Below are positions 16,797 to 25,488 of a DNA stretch of 57,375 nucleotides, in pieces (positions within the stretch are counted from its first letter, which is position 1; each line of letters opens with the position of its first letter). Below the pieces are notes generated by a model, which saw only the letters and a list, made by a program, of their open reading frames with translations, ran no database searches and was not told the DNA's origin. This DNA is from Chitinophaga pinensis (GTDB lineage Bacteria > Bacteroidota > Bacteroidia > Chitinophagales > LD1): positions 1 to 57,375 of the forward strand of contig CAMBIM010000001.1 in NCBI GenBank assembly GCA_945867505.1, written 5' to 3'. Both the position numbers and the translations under genes were made by a program.

Positions 16797-18629
16797 TTAT
16801 TTAATGATATTTAGGTTACGAGTAAATACTTGAGTGTCAGATTTTAATACCGCGCGGTAATTGCCTTGCGGTAACATATCCGTTGAAAAATTGAAACGTG
16901 AACTGCCATTGGTTGTATTTATTTCATTTTGCAACAACAACTGCCCTGTCATGTTATATAACTCTACGTTGAATTTTATTGCTGTATTAGCATTGATAAT
17001 AATGCTGGTGCTTTCGTTTGCCGGGTTAGGGAAGAACTCGGTAATGTCAAGCGTGCTTTCGCTTTTAATAGAAGCCTGAACAATTTTGGTATCCTTATTT
17101 GCTCCATCAAAATCAACTTGATTTAACTTATAGTAATATACTACATTAGGTTGAGCGGTTATATCGTCAAAGTTATAAGCAGTTTCGGTCGTGCTGTTGC
17201 CTCCGGTTTTATTTTCTACCCATCCTATCTGTTCAAAGTCTACTCCATTAGAACTGCGCATTACTTTAAACCCGCTGTTATTTATTTCCAGAGAAGTAGC
17301 CCAGTTAACACGTATAAACTGATTGTCTACCGGTTGAGCAGTTATGTAAAGTAATTCAACAGGTAAAGCATTGCTGCTTCCCGAGCGCGCCATTTGAAAG
17401 TGCGAAAAGCCGGTAAATACACCACCCGGCACACCGTCACCGGCATAGCAAGGGCTATTTCTGTTATAAGTTAACAAGTCGGTTGGTCCGGATACTGAAC
17501 CAAGAATTTCTGTATTCCAATCTCCTGTAGGTACAGATGAAATGCCGCCCGCTCTCGAAATCATTCTCCAGTCGTCTGTTCCTGTGCCTGAAAAAGCAGG
17601 GAAAGAGTTAGGATAAGTTTCAATTACATATTGGTCAGCTGCGTTACCGCTAAAACTCCAGTAACCGTGGTCGGTTGGTAGGGCATCTAATATTATCCAT
17701 TGTGGCGTGCTACTGTTGCACGGGTTAGAACTAAAGTAATAGTTAAACCCGCTATTATCTGCCGGTGAGCCAGCACAGCCTACACATGATGGACGAATGA
17801 AACCCACACCACCGGTAGCATCTACAAACATGTTGCTTACTTTATCTGGCGTAGCACCTAAAGATGTAAAGGTTAAAGCCGCTGCGTTGTAACCATTTGT
17901 AGCACTTGCCACCGGAAACACATAAGGCACACCAGTGGTAGATACGTTGCGCGAAAAGCCTCCCAAGCCAACACCTTGCGCCCCACGATTCTCGATGAAG
18001 CCATTGCTTTGGTTACCGTTAATCATTAAAGGAGCGTAACCCATTACCGCATTTTCAGAAGGGTTGGTTACAAACAATTCGTAATCGGTAGAACCGCTGT
18101 AAGTTTTAATAATTCCTTTACCCGAATTATTGGTAAAGGAAGAATAAACCGTTGGGGTATAAGTATCGGCACCACTTGTAGTGCTTCCGAATACTAAAGA
18201 ACCATTTACATAAGTAGCAGTTTGCAACTCAACTGCTGTAGCTGAAGTTGCTTTATCAATAATTAAGTTGTGTATGTAACGGGTAGAAGAGTTAGAGAAA
18301 TCTCCTTTAATAGCTTGTGTGCCCGTTCCTATAAACTTGTAAGCGCGTTCGGTTGAAGTGCCATCGCTACCGTTCTTTATTTGAGCGGTGTTGTCGTTTG
18401 TCAAATCGCCCATCAATTCAATTACACCATCGTTTTCAAGGGTTGATGTGTTTTTGTTTTGCAAATCGCCTTCTATATATAGTATAGAAGATTTGTCGGT
18501 ATGCAATGTGCCGCCATCATTATATAAGGTAGCCTGTGCATTAACTTGTGTTGCAAAAACAAGCGACAACAACAAAGTGGAGAAGTATCCGCAGTAAGTA
18601 AATTCGCTTTTTATAATTTGTTTTTTCAT
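16797..18629 (-). CDS. Secreted protein with a T9SS type A C-terminal sorting domain
   Basis: About 610 aa with signal peptide ...LLLSLVFATQVNAQ. The N-terminal region has beta-helix-like repeats (LYNDGGTLHTD..ILYIEGDLQN..TLENDGVIELMGDLTND). The C-terminal 80 aa read ITEFFPNPANESTSIIINAN...GNYRAVLKSD..., which looks like a T9SS CTD. Its stop lies 20 nt upstream of the collagen-like gene start. Confidence 0.75.
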   Translation of the reverse strand: MKKQIIKSEFTYCGYFSTLLLSLVFATQVNAQATLYNDGGTLHTDKSSILYIEGDLQNKNTSTLENDGVIELMGDLTNDNTAQIKNGSDGTSTERAYKFIGTGTQAIKGDFSNSSTRYIHNLIIDKATSATAVELQTATYVNGSLVFGSTTSGADTYTPTVYSSFTNNSGKGIIKTYSGSTDYELFVTNPSENAVMGYAPLMINGNQSNGFIENRGAQGVGLGGFSRNVSTTGVPYVFPVASATNGYNAAALTFTSLGATPDKVSNMFVDATGGVGFIRPSCVGCAGSPADNSGFNYYFSSNPCNSSTPQWIILDALPTDHGYWSFSGNAADQYVIETYPNSFPAFSGTGTDDWRMISRAGGISSVPTGDWNTEILGSVSGPTDLLTYNRNSPCYAGDGVPGGVFTGFSHFQMARSGSSNALPVELLYITAQPVDNQFIRVNWATSLEINNSGFKVMRSSNGVDFEQIGWVENKTGGNSTTETAYNFDDITAQPNVVYYYKLNQVDFDGANKDTKIVQASIKSESTLDITEFFPNPANESTSIIINANTAIKFNVELYNMTGQLLLQNEINTTNGSSRFNFSTDMLPQGNYRAVLKSDTQVFTRNLNIIK

Positions 18630-19055
18630 AACCATCTTTTTTTCGGTTTAGCAGCGGTTATTATTTGTTGTTCAAGTTTTGTTTAGAAAAATGAATACCC
18701 GCAGCACCATCCTTTACGCCATTGAGTTTGTTATCGTTTCAATTCGCTAAGTGTTTATGACAAGGATTTACTTGTGAGTGACGGAGAATGACACTACAGA
18801 GGTTTAAACTAAGCAAGTGTAGCTTGTGTAAAAAGCAGGTTGGCATTATTGTTTTTTTGAAGAAAAGACCGATGATTTAAAATGCCGGTTTAGAAATCGA
18901 ACATTGTTTTTTGAGCGCATCTATTTCTAATATCAACATCATTTGTAAATACTTTGTATTTAGTTTCACAACCTGTGGCTTGTTGAACTTAAATTGTACT
19001 ATGTTTATGTGGCTGAATTATTGCAACTTGTATCAAACTAAAGCTCAAACTCTAT

Positions 19056-19397
19056 ATGCAATCAGATAAAATAGCAATGAAAATAGGTGGAGAGTCTATC
19101 TTTAAAGCAAGTGCTAGCCCTATCAAAACGGCAAACTTTATTGCCAAATCGGTAAATAATCCGTTCCGTCAAAAAATATTGGCATTGCTTTTATCCTGCA
19201 AAAGCCTTGCGGTAAACGAACTTTGCGAAAAATTAGAAAGCGAACAATCTATTATGTCGCAACATTTAGCCATACTTCGTAAAGCTGGCTTGGTTGATAG
19301 CGAACGCAACGGTAAGCGCATTTTGTATTCCGCTAATGAAAGACAACTTCAGGAAGTGATAGATTGCCTGCTTTATCTTAATAGATTGATGAAGTAG
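19056..19397 (+). CDS. ArsR/SmtB-family winged-helix transcriptional regulator
   Basis: 113 aa. FRQKILALLLSCKSLAVNELCEKLESEQSIMSQHLAILRKAGLVDSERNGKRILY matches the ArsR HTH core. Confidence 0.75.
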   Translation: MQSDKIAMKIGGESIFKASASPIKTANFIAKSVNNPFRQKILALLLSCKSLAVNELCEKLESEQSIMSQHLAILRKAGLVDSERNGKRILYSANERQLQEVIDCLLYLNRLMK

Positions 19398-19404
19398 TAG
19401 TTTG

Positions 19405-20835
19405 CTAATCAACCAAGGTAACTTTAACCATATTGGCTCTGCCTTTATTAGTTAGAGGCATACTCCCTATATTTACGGCAAGATCACCGGCTTTTAGTAA
19501 GTTGTTTTCTTTAAGCGTGCGAATAACATCGCGAATAGAAGTATCGGTACCCACAAATTTATCGTAATAGAAAGCACGAACGCCCCAGCAAATGCTTAAT
19601 GCGTTTAATAAATCGCGGTTTTCGGTAAAAATGAAAATGTTGGCTTTGGGGCGGTAACTCGAAAGCATAAATGCTGTATAACCGCTAAACGTCATTCCAA
19701 TAATTGCACGAGCTTCTAAATCGCTGCTGATGCGCGCAGCATTGTAACATATAGCATCGCTTAAATAAGTAGCGGAGTTTTTATCCGCCTTCTGCTGTTT
19801 GTCATATATGATGTTGGCGTGTTCAATGTTCGAGAGAATTTTCTCCATTACCTGAATCACCTTCACCGGATGCTTGCCGGTGGAAGTTTCTCCACTCAAC
19901 ATTACAGCATCGGCTCCGTCAATTACCGCGTTGGCTACATCGGTAATTTCGGCACGTGTTGGGTTGGGGTTTTCAATCATGCTGTCCATCATTTGTGTAG
20001 CCACTACTACCGGCTTGGCGTATTTAATACACTTAGCTATGATGTCCTTTTGAATCAGCGGCATACGCTCCTGCGGAACTTCAACAGCTAAATCTCCACG
20101 GGCAATCATAATGCCATCGCTTACTTTTATTATTTCATCTAATTCTTTTAAGGCTTCGGGCTTTTCAATTTTTGCCATCACCTTCATGTAGGAGTTTTTC
20201 TTGCCAATAATTTTTTTCAACTCCAGTACATCTTGTGGTGAACGAACAAACGAAAGCGCAATCCAATTGGCTCCATTAGCAATCGCGAATTTTAAATCTT
20301 TCTTATCCTTTTCTGTAAGTGCCGGAACGGTAGTTTTTGTATCAGGCAGATTAACGCCTTTGTTGTTGCTTATTTTACCGCCAGTAATAACCTTTGCAAT
20401 TATTTTGTCTTTACGGTTGGTGGATAGAACTTTCAACTCAATTTTTCCATCATCAATTAAAATGGCATCGCCCAACTCTACTTCTTTAGGCAGATTATGA
20501 TAGCTGATGTAAAGCTTTTTGAAAGTGCTGACACATTCTTTGTTCGTTATTTCCACTTCGCGCCCCTGCTCTAATACTTCCATATTATCGCGCACTTCGC
20601 CTAAACGGATTTTCGGTCCTTGCAAATCGGCAAGTATGGCAATGTTGAGGTTGTGTTCTTTGTTTATCTGTCGAACTTTCTGGTAGCCATCTATATGTTT
20701 CTTGTGGTCGCCATGGCTCATATTAAATCGGAAAACATCTAGCCCGCTTCGAATCATATCTTCCATTACTTCAATTTTACTGCAAGCCGGTCCGTAGGTG
20801 GCAATAATTTTTGTTTTGTTTACGCGTACTTTCAT
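19405..20835 (-). CDS. pyk: Pyruvate kinase
   Basis: 476 aa with TKIIATYGPA, FRFNMSHG, GPKIRLG, MIARGDLAVE and MLSGETSTGKHP motifs. Confidence 0.95.
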   Translation of the reverse strand: MKVRVNKTKIIATYGPACSKIEVMEDMIRSGLDVFRFNMSHGDHKKHIDGYQKVRQINKEHNLNIAILADLQGPKIRLGEVRDNMEVLEQGREVEITNKECVSTFKKLYISYHNLPKEVELGDAILIDDGKIELKVLSTNRKDKIIAKVITGGKISNNKGVNLPDTKTTVPALTEKDKKDLKFAIANGANWIALSFVRSPQDVLELKKIIGKKNSYMKVMAKIEKPEALKELDEIIKVSDGIMIARGDLAVEVPQERMPLIQKDIIAKCIKYAKPVVVATQMMDSMIENPNPTRAEITDVANAVIDGADAVMLSGETSTGKHPVKVIQVMEKILSNIEHANIIYDKQQKADKNSATYLSDAICYNAARISSDLEARAIIGMTFSGYTAFMLSSYRPKANIFIFTENRDLLNALSICWGVRAFYYDKFVGTDTSIRDVIRTLKENNLLKAGDLAVNIGSMPLTNKGRANMVKVTLVD

Positions 20836-20870
20836 AAGTGGAATTTCTCCGAATTTTCTAGTTAAGGTTA

Positions 20871-21335
20871 CTATATAATTTTCCGTTTCATCAATTTCAA
20901 AACAGGCTTTATTTCTTCATAAACTAACCGCTCTTTACTTTTAATTTTCTTTAAAGGTATTTCGGCAGTCATTACCACTTCCGGAAATTGTTTTACTCCG
21001 TGTATCAAATTTCTCAAATTATCTTCCTCGCATTTGCCGTGTATCTGCAATACATAATCAAAGTTGCTTATTTCCGGAAGCAGAACATCCTGCAAATTTT
21101 TGTTGGTGAAAACAACGAATTGGTTTTTATCGTCTTCCTCCCCAGCTTTAAAAACACTGAACTGAATTTTTCGGGTGCGGTCTGTGGGTTCAAAAATTAA
21201 ATCGATTACTTTTCTAAAATCGCAACTGAGCAAGTTATTAAGATGGTAGCAGAGTTTATACTCTTTAAGTGACGAAGAAATACCTACTAATTTATAGTCG
21301 GTAGATAAATCGTTCGTTATTTTTTTGTCTGCCAT
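20871..21335 (-). CDS. IPExxxVDY-family protein (Bacteroidota-specific, function unknown)
   Basis: 154 aa. LLPEISNFDYVLQIHG matches the family-name motif as I recall it. It lies directly upstream of pyk on the same strand. Confidence 0.55.
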   Translation of the reverse strand: MADKKITNDLSTDYKLVGISSSLKEYKLCYHLNNLLSCDFRKVIDLIFEPTDRTRKIQFSVFKAGEEDDKNQFVVFTNKNLQDVLLPEISNFDYVLQIHGKCEEDNLRNLIHGVKQFPEVVMTAEIPLKKIKSKERLVYEEIKPVLKLMKRKII

Positions 21336-21411
21336 GTTGCTTGAACCGAAAGTGAAGATAAAAACAAATTGAGTGACGTATACTTATTCTGTTTGGTGTT
21401 ATAATCAATTA

Positions 21412-21419
21412 TAAATTTG
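21412..21419 (+). promoter_or_regulatory. Candidate -7 promoter box (TAaaTTTG) for recG
   Basis: Exact TAnnTTTG match 17 nt upstream of the recG ATG. Confidence 0.4.
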
Positions 21420-21435
21420 AATTTTCAAACTTGAA

Positions 21436-23538
21436 ATGCCAACGCTTCTTCAATCACCCATCGAATTTTTAAAAGGCGTAGGTCCGTTGCGCGGAGAAAT
21501 TCTGCGTAAGGAGTTGCACCTGCAGACTTTTGGCGATTTGCTAGTGCATTATCCGTTCCGGTATATTGACAGAAGCGTGATTCATAAAGTAAGCGAGATA
21601 AATCCGCTTACGCAGTTTATTCAACTTAAGGGAAAGATTAACGGGTTTAAAATTTTAGGCGAGGGAAAACAGAAACGTTTGCTTGCCAGCTTTCGCGATG
21701 GCAGCGGGGAAATTGAATTGATTTGGTTTAAGAGCATTGATTTTATTCTGAAAGCACTCAAGCCGAATGTGGAGTTATTGGTTTTTGGCAAACCCTCCAT
21801 GTTCAATGGGCTGTTCAACATTGCCCACCCGGAAGTAGAAATTTTTACGGATGAAATAAAAGCAAGTGGCAAAGGTTTGCAACCGGTTTATTCTTCTACC
21901 GAAAAAATGAAGAAGAAAAATTTGGACTCGCGCGGTTTAGCACGACTGTTGCAAACGCTGGTTGCTCAAGTTAAAGAAAAAGACGTTCCTGATTTTTTGC
22001 CTAAAGAGATTTTGCAACAATTCAAATTAATTCCGCGTTACCAAGCCATATTTAATATCCATTTTCCGAAAAATGAACAGCTACTGCATGAAGCTACACG
22101 CAGATTAAAATTTGAAGAGTTGTTTCTTATTCAATTACAGATGCTGAAAGTAAAATCGAACCGTTCAGAAATTTCGAAAGGTTTTGTTTTTGAAAAAATA
22201 GATAATCAGTTCGATAAGTTTTATCACCATCAATTGAAGTTTGAACTGACCGGTGCACAAAAACGCGTACTGAAAGAAATAAGAAAAGATACGCTCACTG
22301 GCAGACAAATGAATCGGTTATTACAAGGTGATGTCGGTAGCGGTAAAACGGTAGTTGCTTTGCTTACTATGTTGGTGGCGATTGATAATGGCTTTCAGGC
22401 TTGCTTAATGGCGCCAACTGAAATTCTCGCCAATCAACATCATGAAAGTATTACAGACGCGCTTCGCGGAATGAATTTAGAAGTAGCATTGCTAACCGGC
22501 AATGTAAAAGGTAAAGCGCGAAAACAAATTCTAGAAAACTTAGCAGAAGGCAAAGTTGATATTCTTATAGGCACACATGCGCTAATTGAAGACACAGTTG
22601 TTTTCAAAAACATAGGCATGGTGGTGATTGATGAGCAGCACCGTTTTGGTGTTGCACAACGCGCTGCACTTTGGACAAAGAATGAAAAGCCTCCACATAT
22701 TTTGGTAATGACTGCCACACCAATACCGCGCACATTGGCTATGACTATTTATGGCGATTTGGATGTGAGTGTAATTGATGAATTACCTCCGGGAAGAAAA
22801 CCAATCCGCACCGTTCACCGCACCGATGCTGACCGGTTGCGTGTATTTGGATTTATGAAAGAGGAAATTCATAAAGGGCGGCAAATCTATATTGTGTATC
22901 CGCTGATTGAAGAAAGCGAGACGCTTGACCTGAAACATTTGATGGACGGTTACGAAAGTATTTCGCGTGCGTTTCCAAAACCCGAATTTCAAATCAGCAT
23001 TGTGCATGGGCGAATGCGCGGAGCGGATAAAGATTACGAGATGCAGCGGTTTGTAAAAGGCGAAACGCAAATTATGATTGCCACCACCGTTATAGAAGTA
23101 GGAGTAAATGTGCCGAATGCAAGCGTAATGATTATTGAAAATGCGGAACGTTTTGGTTTGTCGCAATTGCATCAGTTGCGCGGACGAGTAGGGCGCGGTG
23201 CAGAACAATCTTTCTGCATTTTAATAACCGGCAAAAAGCTATCTAATGAAAGTAAACAGCGCGTATCGGTAATGTGTAAAACTAATGACGGTTTTGTAAT
23301 TGCCGAAGAAGATTTGAAGCTGCGCGGCCCTGGTGATTTAGAAGGAACGCAACAAAGCGGTGTAATAAACCTGCACATTGCCGACTTGGTAAACGATGTA
23401 AAAATTTTAGAAGCTGCGCGAACTACCGCACAAACTTTGATTGAAAGCGATCCAACCCTTTCGAAGCCCGAACATTATTCGCTGTTAAATTACATGAGCG
23501 AAATTTCTAAAGAAAAAATTTGGAGTAAGATTAGCTAG
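21436..23538 (+). CDS. recG: ATP-dependent DNA helicase RecG
   Basis: 700 aa. An N-terminal wedge/OB region is followed by SF2 helicase motifs: LQGDVGSGKT, VIDEQHRFG, MTATPIPRTL and QLHQLRGRVGRG. Confidence 0.95.
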   Translation: MPTLLQSPIEFLKGVGPLRGEILRKELHLQTFGDLLVHYPFRYIDRSVIHKVSEINPLTQFIQLKGKINGFKILGEGKQKRLLASFRDGSGEIELIWFKSIDFILKALKPNVELLVFGKPSMFNGLFNIAHPEVEIFTDEIKASGKGLQPVYSSTEKMKKKNLDSRGLARLLQTLVAQVKEKDVPDFLPKEILQQFKLIPRYQAIFNIHFPKNEQLLHEATRRLKFEELFLIQLQMLKVKSNRSEISKGFVFEKIDNQFDKFYHHQLKFELTGAQKRVLKEIRKDTLTGRQMNRLLQGDVGSGKTVVALLTMLVAIDNGFQACLMAPTEILANQHHESITDALRGMNLEVALLTGNVKGKARKQILENLAEGKVDILIGTHALIEDTVVFKNIGMVVIDEQHRFGVAQRAALWTKNEKPPHILVMTATPIPRTLAMTIYGDLDVSVIDELPPGRKPIRTVHRTDADRLRVFGFMKEEIHKGRQIYIVYPLIEESETLDLKHLMDGYESISRAFPKPEFQISIVHGRMRGADKDYEMQRFVKGETQIMIATTVIEVGVNVPNASVMIIENAERFGLSQLHQLRGRVGRGAEQSFCILITGKKLSNESKQRVSVMCKTNDGFVIAEEDLKLRGPGDLEGTQQSGVINLHIADLVNDVKILEAARTTAQTLIESDPTLSKPEHYSLLNYMSEISKEKIWSKIS

Positions 23539-23758
23539 CCGGTTGCTTACGCTTAATTGCGTTAGGTGGAAGAATGCCACTCTTCGGTTTTGATGCTTTA
23601 GGAATTTGCGGTTCTTGTTTTCCTTTCTTGCCTTTTTTTTGCGGAAGACTATCGGCATACGTTGGGCAAGCAATTTTGTTTGAGTTGCACGAAGGCGCAC
23701 TTGCAATTATGACAACAGCAAAAAACAAGAGCAAAAATTTTCGGAATAGCAGCATCAT
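23531..23758 (-). CDS. Possible small secreted protein or lipoprotein
   Basis: 75 aa. It has a hydrophobic signal-like N-terminus (LLLFFAVVIIASAPSC) and then a Lys/Pro-rich tail. It overlaps the recG 3' end by 8 nt. Support is weak. Confidence 0.3.
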   Translation of the reverse strand: MMLLFRKFLLLFFAVVIIASAPSCNSNKIACPTYADSLPQKKGKKGKQEPQIPKASKPKSGILPPNAIKRKQPAS

Positions 23759-23879
23759 TTTCTTTTTCAGTATAACGTAAATGTATCTGTTTTTGATTCA
23801 CGAGGCAAAGTGCAATTCAAAAAATTCATTTTCAATAGACCGAAGTTTTTGCCCGATTTGGAAAAGAGAAACGCGCAAT

Positions 23880-23887
23880 TATCTTTG
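23880..23887 (+). promoter_or_regulatory. Candidate -7 promoter box (TAtcTTTG) for the HU gene
   Basis: Exact TAnnTTTG match 38 nt upstream of the ATG at 23925. Confidence 0.4.
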
Positions 23888-23924
23888 TTGGATAAATATT
23901 AATAACCCATTAAAAATTTCAATT

Positions 23925-24200
23925 ATGAACAAAGGTGAACTCATAGAAAAGATTGCGAAAGATGCCAAAGTTACCAAGAGCCAGGCAGGTGATGCGCTTG
24001 ATTCATTCATCAACGCAGTTGGAGCAACACTTTCGAAAGGCGGAAAAGTTACGCTGGTAGGTTTTGGAACTTTCTCTGTTTCTAAACGCGCAGCACGCAA
24101 AGGTCGTAACCCACAGACCGGTAAAGAGATTAACATTAAAGCAAAGAAAGTAGCGAAGTTTAAAGCCGGTGTTGAATTGGCGAAGAAAACAAACAAGTAA
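23925..24200 (+). CDS. hup: HU-family DNA-binding protein
   Basis: 91 aa. [32 protein letters not shown]...[24 protein letters not shown] is canonical HU. Start taken at the internal ATG, not the ORF-track start at 23781. Confidence 0.9.
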   Translation: MNKGELIEKIAKDAKVTKSQAGDALDSFINAVGATLSKGGKVTLVGFGTFSVSKRAARKGRNPQTGKEINIKAKKVAKFKAGVELAKKTNK

Positions 24201-24226
24201 TTTTTTCTTTCTGTAAAGAATAAAAA

Positions 24227-24258
24227 CCTCGGTACTGAAAAGTGCCGGGGTTTTGTTT
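24227..24258 (+). terminator. Intrinsic terminator after the HU gene
   Basis: cctcggtact / agtgccgggg stem (two G-U pairs) with a gaaa loop, followed by ttttgtttt. Confidence 0.75.
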
Positions 24259-24315
24259 TGTATAAAATGCCAATTGATTTTTTACATTCGCCCCAACAAA
24301 AAAACATTTTTAATT

Positions 24316-24507
24316 ATGGGAAGAGGAGATAAAAGAACCGCAAAAGGAAAAAGATTCAAGAAATCATTCGGTAATAGCCGCCCTAAACGCGTAAAGAAAG
24401 CTGCCGCTAAAAAACCAGCAGCCGGTAAAAAAGCTAAAGCACCAAAAGCCGTAACAGCAAAGAAAGCACCTGCTAAAAAAGCAGCCGCTAAGAAAAAAGC
24501 AGAATAA
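24316..24507 (+). CDS. 30S ribosomal protein THX with a Lys/Ala-rich C-terminal extension
   Basis: 63 aa. The N-terminal MGRGDKRTAKGKRFKKSFGNSRPK resembles THX. The rest is AKKPAAGKKAKAPKAVTAKKAPAKKAAAKKKAE. Start taken at the ATG at 24316. Confidence 0.65.
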   Translation: MGRGDKRTAKGKRFKKSFGNSRPKRVKKAAAKKPAAGKKAKAPKAVTAKKAPAKKAAAKKKAE

Positions 24508-24526
24508 TTATTTAGTTGATTTATAG

Positions 24527-24562
24527 TTGGTGAATTGGTTTTAATCAAAACCAATTCACCAA
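24527..24562. terminator. Bidirectional terminator (perfect 16-bp stem)
   Basis: ttggtgaattggtttt / aaaaccaattcaccaa with an aatc loop, between the convergent THX and pdxH genes. Confidence 0.75.
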
Positions 24563-24569
24563 TTTCTAC

Positions 24570-25208
24570 TTATGGTGCTAGCCGTTTAATCCTCCACGCA
24601 CCATTTTCCATTTCATATATTATTCTATCGTGCAATCGGCTGGCGCGGCCTTGCCAAAATTCAAAGTATTCGGCTTTTAAAATGTAGCCACCCCAGTTTT
24701 CGGGGCGTTTGATTTCGCCTTGCTGTTTTACTTCTTCTAAGCGGTCTTCTAAATATTCGCGGGATGGAACTTCTTCGCTTTGCTCGGATACGATGGCACT
24801 TAAGCGGCTTTCGTAAGGGCGTTCAGAGAAGTATTTTTCGGAAAGGTGGACTTCTATTTTTCCGATGGTGCCTTCTATGCGCACTTGTCGTTCGAGTTTA
24901 TCCCAAAAGAAGAGCAGCGATGCTGCGTTGTTTTCTGAAATTTCTCGACCCTTGCGGCTATGGTAGTTAGTGTAGAAGATAAAGCCGTTTTCGTCAAATG
25001 CTTTGAGCAAGACAATTCGCGAAGATGGTTTGCCTTCTTTGGTAGCGGTAGAAAGTGTCATGGCATTGGGTTCAATTATTCCATCGTTGGTAGCATCTTC
25101 GAGCCACCAGCCGAATTGCTCGTATGGGTTAGGCGAAATTTTATGTTCGGTGAGTTCGTGTTTAGTGTAGTTGCGCCTGTTGTTGTGTAAGTCTTTAGAT
25201 GCTGACAT
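24570..25208 (-). CDS. pdxH: Pyridoxamine 5'-phosphate oxidase
   Basis: 212 aa from the ATG at 25208. Motifs SSRIVLLKAFDENGFIFYTNYHSRKG, RQVRIEG, YFSERPYESRL and FEFWQGRASRLHDRI. Confidence 0.9.
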   Translation of the reverse strand: MSASKDLHNNRRNYTKHELTEHKISPNPYEQFGWWLEDATNDGIIEPNAMTLSTATKEGKPSSRIVLLKAFDENGFIFYTNYHSRKGREISENNAASLLFFWDKLERQVRIEGTIGKIEVHLSEKYFSERPYESRLSAIVSEQSEEVPSREYLEDRLEEVKQQGEIKRPENWGGYILKAEYFEFWQGRASRLHDRIIYEMENGAWRIKRLAP

Positions 25209-25488
25209 GCTATAGTTTTGTTGTTGCAAATTTACGAAAGGAAGCGGAAGGATGGGTGAGGTAAATCAGTTGGAAGTTTTGTCAGCTATAGCCAGACCCG
25301 CTTCTTTGCGAGGGACGCGTCAAAACCCCTTGGCGTTAAAAGAAAACAATTGTTTTTGTAGGCTTATTTCTTTTAGTTTCATTTGGATTCAATTCCGAAT
25401 AATTTTTGTTTAAAAGTTACGCTAAGTGTGGTAAGATTTTACCTACTTTGCCCGCAATTCAGAACCCTCTCAAAACACACATCAAAGC

